Shown here: one piece after another, positions 27,183 through 36,891 of the stretch
Layout: each line of letters begins with the position of its first letter
Numbering within the stretch: position 1 is the first letter of the stretch
From: Candidatus Parcubacteria bacterium
GTDB lineage: Bacteria > Patescibacteriota > Minisyncoccia > Phycocordibacterales > Phycocordibacteraceae
Direction of reading: 5' to 3'
DNA: 64,000 nt
NCBI GenBank assembly: GCA_034666125.1
Contig: JAXDML010000007.1
Span: forward strand, 5,270 to 69,269
Position numbers and translations under genes: made by a program
The notes under the pieces: model-generated
Seen by the model: only the letters and a program-made list of their open reading frames with translations
Told to the model about the DNA's origin: nothing
Database searches by the model: none

Positions 27183-27857
27183 CTAATAACGGAAAGAAGA
27201 CATGCCCTTCTCATACATCTTAATTTCACCAGTCTCCGGATCTTGCACGACGCTCTCGGCCTTAGTCTTTTGCGAGCCGGGACAGATAGGTTCATCGAGT
27301 GAATAGACCGGTGCCAAGCCACGTCCGGAATAGAGGAGGGTCTTATATAGATACCCGAGGAAGGAGCCGGTAAAGCGGTAGCGCCGAATGCATCCGGCTA
27401 TCTGTTCCTCGAGCCGATCACTATTATACTTCCAGCGCGAAAGCATTGGGTACCGTTCGATCCACTCATCAACCGAGTACCGGATTAAAATGAGGGCTTC
27501 TTGCATAGCAAGAATATTTCCCCTTTGCGCCAACCGAACAAGGCGGATACTGATTCGATCTCGCAGATCTTCATCCTGGCGATTTTGCGGAGCGATAAAG
27601 ATGTAAAGATTGGATCTATGCCGAGAAAGTATTTTTTCCAACTCTTCGCTATTTTCATACGATCGACCTTTCTTTCTGCGTCCAACCCAACGTTTACTAA
27701 ACTCAAGATCAAGGTGACGAGTAATAGCATCCCAGTCTATCTCGCCGGTAACGGTACGGAGATTGCGGCGAGCGAAGTGGTATACGCGCGGCGTATGCCG
27801 AAATACCCAGGTGCCAGTGAAGGTTTGCGGCCTCTGCTTTTCTAGTTCGGACGACAA
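27183..27857 (-). CDS. Hypothetical protein with a sigma-70 region 2-like segment
   Basis: LVRLAQRGNILA...RYRFTGSFLGYL...SLDEP; AT-richer than flanks; no ATG (TTG 27857 or CTG 27884). Confidence 0.55.
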   Translation of the reverse strand: MSSELEKQRPQTFTGTWVFRHTPRVYHFARRNLRTVTGEIDWDAITRHLDLEFSKRWVGRRKKGRSYENSEELEKILSRHRSNLYIFIAPQNRQDEDLRDRISIRLVRLAQRGNILAMQEALILIRYSVDEWIERYPMLSRWKYNSDRLEEQIAGCIRRYRFTGSFLGYLYKTLLYSGRGLAPVYSLDEPICPGSQKTKAESVVQDPETGEIKMYEKGMSSFRY

Positions 27858-27970
27858 GAGTTTTGTTGCTTCTCGGAGGTTCAGTAGAGAAATTATAAAT
27901 CCTGCTTTTAAAGAGTCACTGCGCCTCCATGAACGTCCTCTACTGCTGGAAGATTAGGAAATGAACCTTC

Positions 27971-28007
27971 AAACACAAACGACGCTCTCGAGCGCCGTTT
28001 GTGTTTT
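27971..28007. terminator. Terminator downstream of tRNA-fMet
   Basis: AAACACAAACGACGC/GCGCCGTTTGTGTTT stem. Confidence 0.6.
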
Positions 28008-28087
28008 AGGACCCCTGTCGGTACTGAACCGCCTTTTGCCGCTTTTGACGGCTGTCGGTCTGGCTACCTGAGTGTCGTCCGAGCTTG

Positions 28088-28158
28088 TTGCGGGGGCCGG
28101 AATCGAACCGGCGTCTGGAGGTTATGAGCCTCCCGAGGTACCTCTCCTCTACCCCGCT
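28088..28158 (-). tRNA. Initiator tRNA-fMet(CAT)
   Basis: A1:A72 mismatch, A11-U24, loop CTCATAA; anticodon stem GGAGG/CCTCC. Confidence 0.88.
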
Positions 28159-28200
28159 ATATAGCAAGTATATATCACAAACGGGCCCGAAAGCAAGGGC

Positions 28201-28791
28201 TTAGAGCTCCTCGTGCTCCCGGAAGACGGCCTCGTAGTTGGCGATCGTGCGGTACGCGAGACGGTCGGTGAGCTCGAACGCCATGCCGCTGTGCGCGATC
28301 TCGTTGCGGACCTTGTGCGCCTCCCAGGCGTTGTTCAGGGTCTGGAAGTGGGTCGGACTCACCTGCTTGAGCTTCTCGCCGACCGACGTGCCGACGTAGC
28401 CGAGACGCGTCAGGAGTTCGTCGAGGATGATGTCGGCCTCGATGATGGCCTGCCGCCAGTCGGACTGGTTCGTACCCTGTATGAGTGTGAGGATGTACTG
28501 CCAGCGCGAGGTCTCGAGACGCTCGTGCTCGTCGTACTGCGTTATGGTCGCGTAGAGCGGGGCCTCCTCCTGGCGGATCTGGAATATGCGCGCAGTGCTG
28601 TAGATGATGACGAAAATGGCGAAAAGGCAGACGAAGACGGCAAGGACCGTAACGAGGATCCAGAGCTGGCCGAGGAAGGCGAGGAATCCGGAAATGCCGA
28701 AGCCGGTATTCCCCACGCCGAAGACCGTCTCGTAGAGGATACGGAAGAAATAGGAGAGGTTGAGGAAATGTACGCCGGACTCGCCTTCCAT
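28201..28791 (-). CDS. Hypothetical membrane protein
   Basis: TM helix, WRQAIIEADIILDE, AWEAHKVRNEIAH; tightly downstream of gatA. Confidence 0.75.
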   Translation of the reverse strand: MEGESGVHFLNLSYFFRILYETVFGVGNTGFGISGFLAFLGQLWILVTVLAVFVCLFAIFVIIYSTARIFQIRQEEAPLYATITQYDEHERLETSRWQYILTLIQGTNQSDWRQAIIEADIILDELLTRLGYVGTSVGEKLKQVSPTHFQTLNNAWEAHKVRNEIAHSGMAFELTDRLAYRTIANYEAVFREHEEL

Positions 28792-28798
28792 CAGTTCA

Positions 28799-30232
28799 TT
28801 ATAACGTTTCTCCGGTGACGTCGGCGCCTATTCTGAACAGGCGTTCTTCCTGTCCGTGAGGCGCCGTGAAATGGATACCCGTAGGCAGGCTTGAACCGTC
28901 CCGTTCGACATTTCCCATGGGAATCGATATTGCCGGCATTCCCGTCAGGTTCGCGGTCACCGTAAAGATGTCCTCGAGGTACATGGAAACGGGATCGCTT
29001 TTACCTCCGAACTTGAAGGCGGGTGACGGGGTTGTCGGGAAAGCGACTACGTCGCATTTCTCGAAAGCGGTCGCGTACTCGGCTCGAAGTACTGGACGGG
29101 CGGCTTCGGCTTTCCGGTAGTATGCATCGATATAACCGCTTGAAAGAACGAAGGTACCGAGAAGGATGCGTCGCTGCGTTTCCGCGCCGAAGCCCTCGGT
29201 GCGCGAGAGGACATAGTCGTTGAGGAGCGTGCCGCCGCGCGCGGCATGGCCGTAGCGGATGCCATCGTACCGGGCAAGATTCGTGGAGGCTTCCGCAGGC
29301 ATGATGATGTAGTACGACGGGAGGCCATATGCACTGGTCGGCAATTCGATATCCACGATACGATGACCGCGCTCTCGAAGGCTTCCTAGCGTTGCCTCGA
29401 AGGTGGCGAGTACGTCAGCATCCACACCCTCCGCAATCAGATGGCGCGGTACACCCACGGTGGCATGTTCGAAAATCTTCGACTCTGCATAAAAACCATC
29501 CGGGAAAGAAGTTGCGTCCATTGCGTCGTGCCCCCGCACTGCCTGGAAAAGAGCTCGTACATCAGCGACCGTCTTCCCAAGCTCTCCTATCTGATCAAGC
29601 GACGACCCAAGCGCAATAAGACCATGACGCGAAACCGAACCATAGGTCGGCTTAAATCCGATGACGCCACAATGTGCGGCCGGTTGTCGGCAGGACCCGC
29701 CAGTATCCGAGCCGTATGCGCCAAGCGCGAGATGGGTCGCTACCGCGACCGCAGAACCGCCTGAAGAACCACCCGGAACGCGAGACGTATCGTGCGGGTT
29801 CTTGGTGGGCCCATACGCTGAGTGCTCGGTCGATGCTCCCATACCAAACTCGTCCATGTTCGCGCGACCGACGAATAGTGCATTGCTCTCTTTTAACTTC
29901 TTGATCGCCGTAGAGTCGTATGGAGCGATATACCCTTCAAGGATCTTCGACGCGGCGCTTGCGACATGCCCTTCTATAAGAATATTGTCCTTGATGGCGA
30001 GCGGGATGCCGCAGAGCAGAGGCGCTTCGCTCCCTTCCGCATCGATACGCGTTTGCGCTGTCTTGATAGCCGTGTCGTCAGCGTCGAAAAGCTCGAGGAA
30101 GGCGTGGAGGTCTTCGTTCTTTTCTTTTGCTGCGGTCGCACAAGCGTCCCAGAGTTCGCGCACGGAGAAGTCCTTCGCGCGCAGTCCCCGCGTCGCCTCG
30201 GTTATGGAAAGCTCGTTCAGTTTCGCGGCCAT
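28799..30232 (-). CDS. gatA: Glu/Asp-tRNA amidotransferase subunit A
   Basis: GIPLAIKDN, PGGSSGGSA, GSDTGGS, NLARYDGIRYG. Confidence 0.96.
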   Translation of the reverse strand: MAAKLNELSITEATRGLRAKDFSVRELWDACATAAKEKNEDLHAFLELFDADDTAIKTAQTRIDAEGSEAPLLCGIPLAIKDNILIEGHVASAASKILEGYIAPYDSTAIKKLKESNALFVGRANMDEFGMGASTEHSAYGPTKNPHDTSRVPGGSSGGSAVAVATHLALGAYGSDTGGSCRQPAAHCGVIGFKPTYGSVSRHGLIALGSSLDQIGELGKTVADVRALFQAVRGHDAMDATSFPDGFYAESKIFEHATVGVPRHLIAEGVDADVLATFEATLGSLRERGHRIVDIELPTSAYGLPSYYIIMPAEASTNLARYDGIRYGHAARGGTLLNDYVLSRTEGFGAETQRRILLGTFVLSSGYIDAYYRKAEAARPVLRAEYATAFEKCDVVAFPTTPSPAFKFGGKSDPVSMYLEDIFTVTANLTGMPAISIPMGNVERDGSSLPTGIHFTAPHGQEERLFRIGADVTGETL

Positions 30233-30233
30233 G

Positions 30234-30527
30234 CTAGTCGTGCGAGATGATCTTCTTCACGGAGAGGTGGTCGCCGTCGCGCCTTGGGAACATGCCGACG
30301 AGCTTCTCGGTCCAGGTCGCAGCCGCGGTCGGCTCGCCGTCCTCGCGGAAAACGTTCCGCAGATGTGGCGCCTGCGGCGTCGCATCTGTCCTTATATCAA
30401 GCTCATCGAGCTGCGCGATGTACGCCACGATACGGTCGAATTCGGCTGCGCGCGCCTCGAGCTTATCCTCGGGAATCGAAAGTCGCGCGAGCGCGGCGAG
30501 CTTCTTTACGTCCTCTGCCGATGCCAT
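30234..30527 (-). CDS. gatC: Amidotransferase subunit C
   Basis: VKKLAALARL...NVFRED; directly upstream of gatA. Confidence 0.9.
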   Translation of the reverse strand: MASAEDVKKLAALARLSIPEDKLEARAAEFDRIVAYIAQLDELDIRTDATPQAPHLRNVFREDGEPTAAATWTEKLVGMFPRRDGDHLSVKKIISHD

Positions 30528-30542
30528 ACGGTCACTGTAGCA

Positions 30543-32555
30543 TTAAATCCTTTTTAGGAATTCGCCCTCGTCGAGAATTTCTACTCCCAGTTCGGTCGCC
30601 TTCTGAAGCTTGCTTCCGGGGTTCTCGCCGGCGAGTACGAAGGAGGTCTTCTTCGACACGGAGCCGGATGGATTACCGCCGTGCCTGCGTACGAGGGCTT
30701 CGGCCTCCTCACGTGAGAGAGTCGGCAGCGTACCGGTCACGACGACGGTCTTCCCGGAGAGCTTCCCGCTTCCCGCGGCCTTCGCGACCTGTTGCACGGA
30801 TAGGTGCGGCATGAGGCGGGCGAGCATGGCCTGATTCTCGGGATCCCGAAACCATGAGCTCACGCCACGCGCGACGACGTCGCCGATGCCGTTCACGCGT
30901 GCAAGCTCGTCTTCGCCCGCTTTCGCAAGGCGGTCGAGAGTACGGAACTCGGTCGCGAGCAGGTATGCGGTCTCCTCCCCCACGTGCAGTATCGAAAGCC
31001 CGACCAGCAGGCGGTCGAGCGTCACGTCCTTCGCGCGCCCGAGCGCCGCCATCAGGTTATCGACCGACTTCTCCTTGAAGTTCGGAAGCGCGAGCAATTC
31101 GTCCCGTGTCAGGTCGAAGAAGTCGTCGAAACCGCCCACGAGCTCGTGCTCCATGAGGAGCTTGACGGTCTTCGGGCCGAGTCCGTCGATATCGAGCGCG
31201 GATTTACCCGTGAAATGCGCGAGCGTGCGCACGAGCTGGGTGAACGAACCGCGCGTCTTGCAGCGGTGCGCGGCTTCGCCCGGAATGCGCTCGATAGCGC
31301 CGTCGCCTCCGCATAGGGTCGACCGTTTCGGGAAGCGCCACTTCTTCTCCTTCCCCGTGCGGAACTCCGGAAGGACCTCCACGATCTCCGGGATGATGTC
31401 GCCCGCCTTCTGAAGAATCACCGTGTCGCCGACACGGATGTCCTTGTCGTGTATGAAATCCTCGTTGTGAAGCGTCGCGCGGGCGACGGTAGAACCGGCA
31501 ACGGCGACGGGTCGCAGCTGCGCGACCGGCGTGATCTTTCCGGTACGTCCGACCTGCAGGACGATGTCCTCTATCACGGTCGTGACCTGTTCGGCGGGGA
31601 ATTTGAGGGCGATCGCGAAGCGCGGCCCCTTGCCGGTATAGCCGAGGGCTTCCTGGTATTCCCGCTCGTTCACCTTCACGACGATGCCGTCGAGCTGGTA
31701 GTCGAGCCGTTCGCGCTTCTTCCCGTGCCACACCTCCCAGAACTTGAGTACGTCCTCGACCGACTGCATGCGGCGCGCTTCGGGGCTCGTCGGCAGGCCG
31801 AGTTCGCGGATATAGGCGAGCTCCTGTTCCTGGGTCGCGGGCATCGGCTCGTTCAGAAGGCCGATGTCATAGAGTTCGACGCCGAGCGGTCGCGCGCGCG
31901 CCATCTCGGGATCAAGCTGGCGGATGGAGCCCGCAGCTGCATTCCGGGGATTGGCGAACAGAGGTAGGCCGGCCTTCTCCCGTTCCTTGTTCAATTTCGC
32001 GAAGCCCGCGCGCGACAGATACACCTCGCCTTCGACGACAATATCCACCGGGCGCTTCAGAGCATCCGGCACGTTCCGGATCGTGCGGATGTTATGCGTG
32101 ACGTCCTCGCCAGTCTTGCCATCGCCGCGCGTCGCAGCCGTCGCGAGCTTCCCGCGCTCGTACGTCAGCACGATATGCAGCCCGTCGATCTTGAGCTCGC
32201 ACATGTAGGTCGGCGCGGCCTCGCGCCCGAGCGTCTTCGCGAGCGTCCGGCGCACGCGCTCGTCGAAGGCGCGCAAGTCCGCCTCGGTAAAGGCATCATC
32301 GAGCGACCACTGCTGTACCTGATGCCGCACCTTCCTGAGCCCGGGCAGGACATTCCCCGCGACTTTCTGCGTCGGCGAATCGGCGCGCTTCAGTTCAGGG
32401 TATTCCGCTTCAAGCTCCGCGAGCTCCCGCTTCAGGGAATCGAGTGCTTCGGGCGTGATCGGGGATTCATCCTGCTCGTGGTACAGGGTACGGTACTTCC
32501 CTATGCTGTCGCGGAGCTGCCTGGCTCGGGTCTGTATGGAAGCGGGAACGGGCAT
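30543..32555 (-). CDS. ligA: NAD-dependent DNA ligase
   Basis: ELKIDG, ATRGDG, NPRNAAAGS, C-terminal BRCT (VSKKT). Confidence 0.97.
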   Translation of the reverse strand: MPVPASIQTRARQLRDSIGKYRTLYHEQDESPITPEALDSLKRELAELEAEYPELKRADSPTQKVAGNVLPGLRKVRHQVQQWSLDDAFTEADLRAFDERVRRTLAKTLGREAAPTYMCELKIDGLHIVLTYERGKLATAATRGDGKTGEDVTHNIRTIRNVPDALKRPVDIVVEGEVYLSRAGFAKLNKEREKAGLPLFANPRNAAAGSIRQLDPEMARARPLGVELYDIGLLNEPMPATQEQELAYIRELGLPTSPEARRMQSVEDVLKFWEVWHGKKRERLDYQLDGIVVKVNEREYQEALGYTGKGPRFAIALKFPAEQVTTVIEDIVLQVGRTGKITPVAQLRPVAVAGSTVARATLHNEDFIHDKDIRVGDTVILQKAGDIIPEIVEVLPEFRTGKEKKWRFPKRSTLCGGDGAIERIPGEAAHRCKTRGSFTQLVRTLAHFTGKSALDIDGLGPKTVKLLMEHELVGGFDDFFDLTRDELLALPNFKEKSVDNLMAALGRAKDVTLDRLLVGLSILHVGEETAYLLATEFRTLDRLAKAGEDELARVNGIGDVVARGVSSWFRDPENQAMLARLMPHLSVQQVAKAAGSGKLSGKTVVVTGTLPTLSREEAEALVRRHGGNPSGSVSKKTSFVLAGENPGSKLQKATELGVEILDEGEFLKRI

Positions 32556-32577
32556 GGTGCGCCCATTTTACCGAAGA

Positions 32578-32636
32578 AAAGGGGCAGGCACCATTTTCTT
32601 CTGGATTATGCGAAGAGAAATGGTGCCTGCCCCTTT
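32578..32636. repeat. 19-bp-arm inverted repeat (terminator or REP-like)
   Basis: AAAGGGGCAGGCACCATTT...AAATGGTGCCTGCCCCTTT. Confidence 0.65.
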
Positions 32637-33135
32637 AGTAGAAGATCTTGAGCCCGCGTTCGAAGAGGCTCGGATCCGTTGCCGAGCACGTATTGAAACC
32701 GCTCGCGAAGATGCAGCTCTTGGCTCCCGAGGCGCTGCAGGTGCCGGTCCCTTCCTTGTATACCGCCACCGTGGCCGAACGGCCGGTCCCCGCGCAGGCG
32801 ACGTCGAACGTCGTGCGCACGCCGCCGCCCGTAAGCGTGCTCTCCGCGTATCCGGTCACGGCCCGGCCGTCGCACTGCATCGCGCCCTGGTCGAAGATAT
32901 TGCCGACGTTGAAGGCGGCGAACTTCTGGTCATAGTAGAGCGCGCACTCCATCGCCGAATCGGCGCGGTAGAAGGCGACCTGCGAATTGCGCGCAGCCGA
33001 CGAAAGGACGATCTGCTTGTACGCGATGTCGGCGAGCGAGAGCCCGACGACGAGCGCGACCGAGGCGAGGATGATCGCGATAAGGAGGGTGAATCCCCGT
33101 TGCGGCCGTATGGAGTTGTGATAGTGGGTACTCAT
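32635..33135 (-). CDS. Minor pilin, PilX-like
   Basis: GFTLLIA (no Glu5), AFYRADSAMECA. Confidence 0.8.
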   Translation of the reverse strand: MSTHYHNSIRPQRGFTLLIAIILASVALVVGLSLADIAYKQIVLSSAARNSQVAFYRADSAMECALYYDQKFAAFNVGNIFDQGAMQCDGRAVTGYAESTLTGGGVRTTFDVACAGTGRSATVAVYKEGTGTCSASGAKSCIFASGFNTCSATDPSLFERGLKIFY

Positions 33136-33656
33136 TGCCAGTTATAGAGATGCTCGGTCACGGTGACCGAATACGGGATGCGCAGCGTCGACCAGGAGAC
33201 GGTCGTCGTGACCGTGACCTCGTTCGCCGAGACGCTCGCCACAATCACCTTGCGGGAGAAGCGCGTGACGGTCCCGGTGGCAGCCTGCCGGTACCGGTAC
33301 GACGTATCGAGCCTGAGCGGGGCGCATCCCGAGGAGGAGCAGGCCGTGAGGGCTTGTGTAGACACGTCGACGTCGCAGCCGTAGTCGCTCGGGCCTTCGG
33401 CGCCGGTTATCGTGCACGCGCTCAATCCGTTCAGCCAGTTGCTCTGCCCGGTGAGGTAGTTGCCGTCGCGTACGCTTCGGACGTACTCCATGCCTTCCTG
33501 CGCGAGCGCGGTCGCGATAAGGCTGTCGCGCGCGGTATAGGAGGCGATGAGGGACTTGTGGACGGCGTACAGCGGCCCCACGACGGCGATGATCAGGACC
33601 GTGATGGCCACCATGGTCTCGATGAGAGTGAACCCTTTGAGGGAGCGGGTCATCAT
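33132..33656 (-). CDS. Minor pilin, PilV-like
   Basis: KGFTLIETMVAI, ALAQEGMEYVR. Confidence 0.82.
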   Translation of the reverse strand: MMTRSLKGFTLIETMVAITVLIIAVVGPLYAVHKSLIASYTARDSLIATALAQEGMEYVRSVRDGNYLTGQSNWLNGLSACTITGAEGPSDYGCDVDVSTQALTACSSSGCAPLRLDTSYRYRQAATGTVTRFSRKVIVASVSANEVTVTTTVSWSTLRIPYSVTVTEHLYNWQ

Positions 33657-34207
33657 ATGTCTATAAGCCGCTGGGTCGCAGCGCTCTCGGTGACGAACTC
33701 GACCGGTACGCCCGTCGCGTCGGGAGTGATCACGCCGCGTATGACGAAGACGACCATCGGCTGCACGGGGTCCCCTGCCGCCGTACCGCGCGCGTAGAAG
33801 TCGAGCCGCGCGACATTGATGCGGGGGTCTGTCAGTTGCGTACAGGTACCGCTGATGCACTGCCGCACGTAGCCGGTGCTGCCCGACGCCACGCGTGCGT
33901 ACGATACCGCCCTTCCATTGGCGTCGGTGAAGGAAAGGCTGTCGCGAGGCGTCGCCCAGCAGTCTCCGGACCCGCCGCAGCTGTAGTTCGTGCCCGTGCG
34001 GACCGATCGTTCCATGGAGTCGATCACATAGGAGAGGTTCGTCACGACGTCGTTCGTCGCGCGCGCCTTGCGGTCGAGGCTGATGAGCGCGAGGAAGGCG
34101 GCGCCGGCGACGAGCATGACGATGGAGAAGATCGCCACCGACACGATGAGCTCGATGAGGGTATACCCGCGATAAGGCGCATTCGTGGTCATAGGCATGC
34201 AACTCAT
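33653..34207 (-). CDS. Minor pilin, PilW-like
   Basis: RGYTLIELIVSVAIF; start uncertain. Confidence 0.8.
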   Translation of the reverse strand: MSCMPMTTNAPYRGYTLIELIVSVAIFSIVMLVAGAAFLALISLDRKARATNDVVTNLSYVIDSMERSVRTGTNYSCGGSGDCWATPRDSLSFTDANGRAVSYARVASGSTGYVRQCISGTCTQLTDPRINVARLDFYARGTAAGDPVQPMVVFVIRGVITPDATGVPVEFVTESAATQRLIDI

Positions 34208-34878
34208 GGACAAGACGGCCCGACCGATATCTCACCGAGTTGCGACACGCGCACGATGCGCGTCGCCGCGTTACCCGGCGCGGTGACCGTCACCTGCGCG
34301 CAGGTGAAGGACTGGCTCGAGGGGCCGATCAGTATCGCCCGGGTCTCGGGACGCATGAACACGACATCGAGCGAATTGACCCCGACGCACGTCCCGCCGA
34401 CGCCCGTCTTCCCGCAGATATTCTGGATGGTATATCCGCGGCTGAAGGTATAGTTCTGGACGATGGTATCCGTAGGGCTGCCGTCGTATTTGCAGTTCCC
34501 GGGCTTCGCTTCAGGTGCCGGCGTGCTTGAGTCCCCGACCGGACATATGGACTGCGGAAGCGATTTGGTCGAGGGTCCGGTATCCGCAAAAACCATATAG
34601 CCGGTCGTCCCTTCAAAATGCACGCCATAGCCGGCATCGGACTGCGTATTGATGCCGCGGCTCGCCAGGCCGAGCGACTGCGCCTGCCGGATCGAATACG
34701 CGACGGTATACGCGGTGTCGGTAAGCAGGAGCGAGTTGTTATACGTCGACTGTCCGTTGATGACGACGGCCGTGATGACGCCTATGATGGCGAGCACCAC
34801 GACCATCTCGATCAGGGTGAAGCCGCGGGGCTTCGGGGAGGGCTCGGTCAGGGCATGAAAAGTGGAAAGGGATTCCAT
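34204..34878 (-). CDS. Minor pilin, FimT/GspH-like
   Basis: RGFTLIEMVVVLAII, IRQAQSL, YGVHF. Confidence 0.82.
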   Translation of the reverse strand: MESLSTFHALTEPSPKPRGFTLIEMVVVLAIIGVITAVVINGQSTYNNSLLLTDTAYTVAYSIRQAQSLGLASRGINTQSDAGYGVHFEGTTGYMVFADTGPSTKSLPQSICPVGDSSTPAPEAKPGNCKYDGSPTDTIVQNYTFSRGYTIQNICGKTGVGGTCVGVNSLDVVFMRPETRAILIGPSSQSFTCAQVTVTAPGNAATRIVRVSQLGEISVGPSCP

Positions 34879-35609
34879 TGGGTGAAGTAGGCGAGGAGAA
34901 AGCCGGCGGCCAGGAACGGCACGAACGGGACCTCAATACCCATTGTAGGGCCTCCGCGGCGCACCAACAACACGCCGATGCCGACAACGGCGCCGATCCA
35001 GAAGGAGAACAAGATCCCGGCAAAGGCGTGCGTTCCGCCGGCCAGGAGAGCGAGTGAGAACGCCACCGGCGCGTCCCCGAGCCCCATGGCGCGGCCGCGG
35101 GAAAGGGCGTGAAGCAGGAACAGGAACAAGCTTATGCCCCCGGCGATAAGGATGGTGAGCCCGAGTGCGGACGTGCCGGCGTGCGTAAGGAACGCGAACG
35201 AGGCCGATGCGGCGAAGAGCAGGAGCGATGCTGCAGGAGGCACGATGGTATGCCGGAGGTCGTAGAGCACGACGAACAGGAGGATGGAAAGCGCGAATAG
35301 GAACGCGACGAGCGGGAGGCCAAGACCGAGCGTGAGATAGCTGAGCGCAAAAAGGACGCCAAGGACGGCCTCCACGAGCACGTATCTGAAAGGAAACCGC
35401 GAGCCGCATGAACGGCAGCGGCCCGCAAGCATGAGCCAGGAAAGGACGGGAACGAGGTCGTGCGCCGCGAGCGGCTCGCGGCACGAGCCGCATTTCGAAC
35501 GTCCGCGCTTCCACGACTGGCCGGTGTATGCGCGTTCGCTCACGACCGTCACGAAGCTGGCCACAAGAGCGCCGAGCGCAGCGAAGAAAACTGCCAACAG
35601 GATTCCCAT
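34848..35609 (-). CDS. pilD: Prepilin peptidase (A24)
   Basis: RSKCGSC..GRCRSC Zn motif, YDLRH, MGLGD, VPFVPFL. Confidence 0.92.
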   Translation of the reverse strand: MGILLAVFFAALGALVASFVTVVSERAYTGQSWKRGRSKCGSCREPLAAHDLVPVLSWLMLAGRCRSCGSRFPFRYVLVEAVLGVLFALSYLTLGLGLPLVAFLFALSILLFVVLYDLRHTIVPPAASLLLFAASASFAFLTHAGTSALGLTILIAGGISLFLFLLHALSRGRAMGLGDAPVAFSLALLAGGTHAFAGILFSFWIGAVVGIGVLLVRRGGPTMGIEVPFVPFLAAGFLLAYFTQWNPFPLFMP

Positions 35610-35610
35610 G

Positions 35611-36183
35611 CTACAGGCAGCGCGTGTCCCCGAGCGAAAGCCTGCTTCCGTCGACATTCCGCGCACTGAAGCCTGAGCTGTCGATGCACCAAAAGTCCGG
35701 GTTCTCGGTGGGCGGAAGATTGTCCTTGAGAGGAACCTCGATCGCCCAGGCATTCGAGTTCAGGCCGCTGCAGCTACCCGGCCCGGTAACTGCCGGACAT
35801 GCGTGGCAGGTTACGAATCCTTCACCTCCGCTGCCCCCTTTCCCGCTGACTTTCGTAATGATGTTTTCCTCGGGAACGCCCGCTGCTTCCGCCGCATTCA
35901 GCAGCATCGCGTACACGCCCTTCGTCTCCCCGGCAAGCGCGGTGGGATGGCATACGTTCGTGGTCGTATCGTTCAGTGAGACGGAGTAGCGGTTCCCGTT
36001 CGCTTGATAGAAGAGTTCCGCCTGAGCGCGCGCGCTGACAAGAGCGGATTTCACTCCCGCGTCACTCCCCTGCGCGCGTGCGCTGCTAAGTACGACCGTG
36101 ATGATGGCTGACAGGACGCCGATGATGGCGATCACGACGAGGAGCTCGATGAGCGTGAAGCCGCGCTCCGAAGGACGATGCAT
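35611..36183 (-). CDS. Type IV pilin
   Basis: RGFTLIELLVVIAIIG; WCIDSSG. Confidence 0.9.
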   Translation of the reverse strand: MHRPSERGFTLIELLVVIAIIGVLSAIITVVLSSARAQGSDAGVKSALVSARAQAELFYQANGNRYSVSLNDTTTNVCHPTALAGETKGVYAMLLNAAEAAGVPEENIITKVSGKGGSGGEGFVTCHACPAVTGPGSCSGLNSNAWAIEVPLKDNLPPTENPDFWCIDSSGFSARNVDGSRLSLGDTRCL

Positions 36184-36287
36184 GGGCTGAGTATACTACC
36201 GTCCCGGCGCCTAGCGGGCGCGGGACGTGGAAAAGCGAAAGCGCGCGGCCAGAGGCCGCGCGCTTTCTTGCTAGCCCACTGACCCGG

Positions 36288-36749
36288 TTACGGGCAGGCC
36301 GTGATAGCCGATGCCGGCGTAGTGATCGAGCGCGATGCGCCGGTCGAGTCTACACAGTAGGAGCCTCCGCCCTTGAGCTCGGTCCACGCAGCCCAGCCGG
36401 TCGAGCCGTTCGCCGCGCAGCGGTTCCCGATGGCGAGGGTCGTCGCGTGACCGTACGCGGTCATGGCACCGCGGACGTTATCACCGATGAGGTTGCTACC
36501 GCCGGTTTCGGCGCAAAGCGCCGCACCCGATGAGGGCGCATAGGTGTTGCCGTTCGAGTCGTAATAGATCTCGGCCTCCGCGCGCGCGTTGGCGAGGTTC
36601 GACTTGATGGCCGCATCGGCGCCCTTGTTACGAGCCGTGTTGAGGGACGCGAGCACGACCGACGACAGGATGCCGATGATGGCGATCACGACGAGGAGCT
36701 CGATGAGCGTGAAGCCGCGATGCCCTTTCTTGAAGGATGCTAATTTCAT
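36288..36749 (-). CDS. Type IV pilin (probable major pilin)
   Basis: RGFTLIELLVVIAIIGILSSVVLASL; YCVDSTG; followed by a strong hairpin at about 36237-36267. Confidence 0.9.
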   Translation of the reverse strand: MKLASFKKGHRGFTLIELLVVIAIIGILSSVVLASLNTARNKGADAAIKSNLANARAEAEIYYDSNGNTYAPSSGAALCAETGGSNLIGDNVRGAMTAYGHATTLAIGNRCAANGSTGWAAWTELKGGGSYCVDSTGASRSITTPASAITACP

Positions 36750-36891
36750 AAGTGTAAGAATGGTGCTGATGCGGGGTTAGTAAAGTCCGCTTCTCCATAT
36801 TGTACGCGAGTATTGTCGTACCCAGGTCGTTCCTGTGGATAGCTTGCGCACGCTCATGGGGTGCCTTTTGGAACCAGCGTACGATGGCTGG

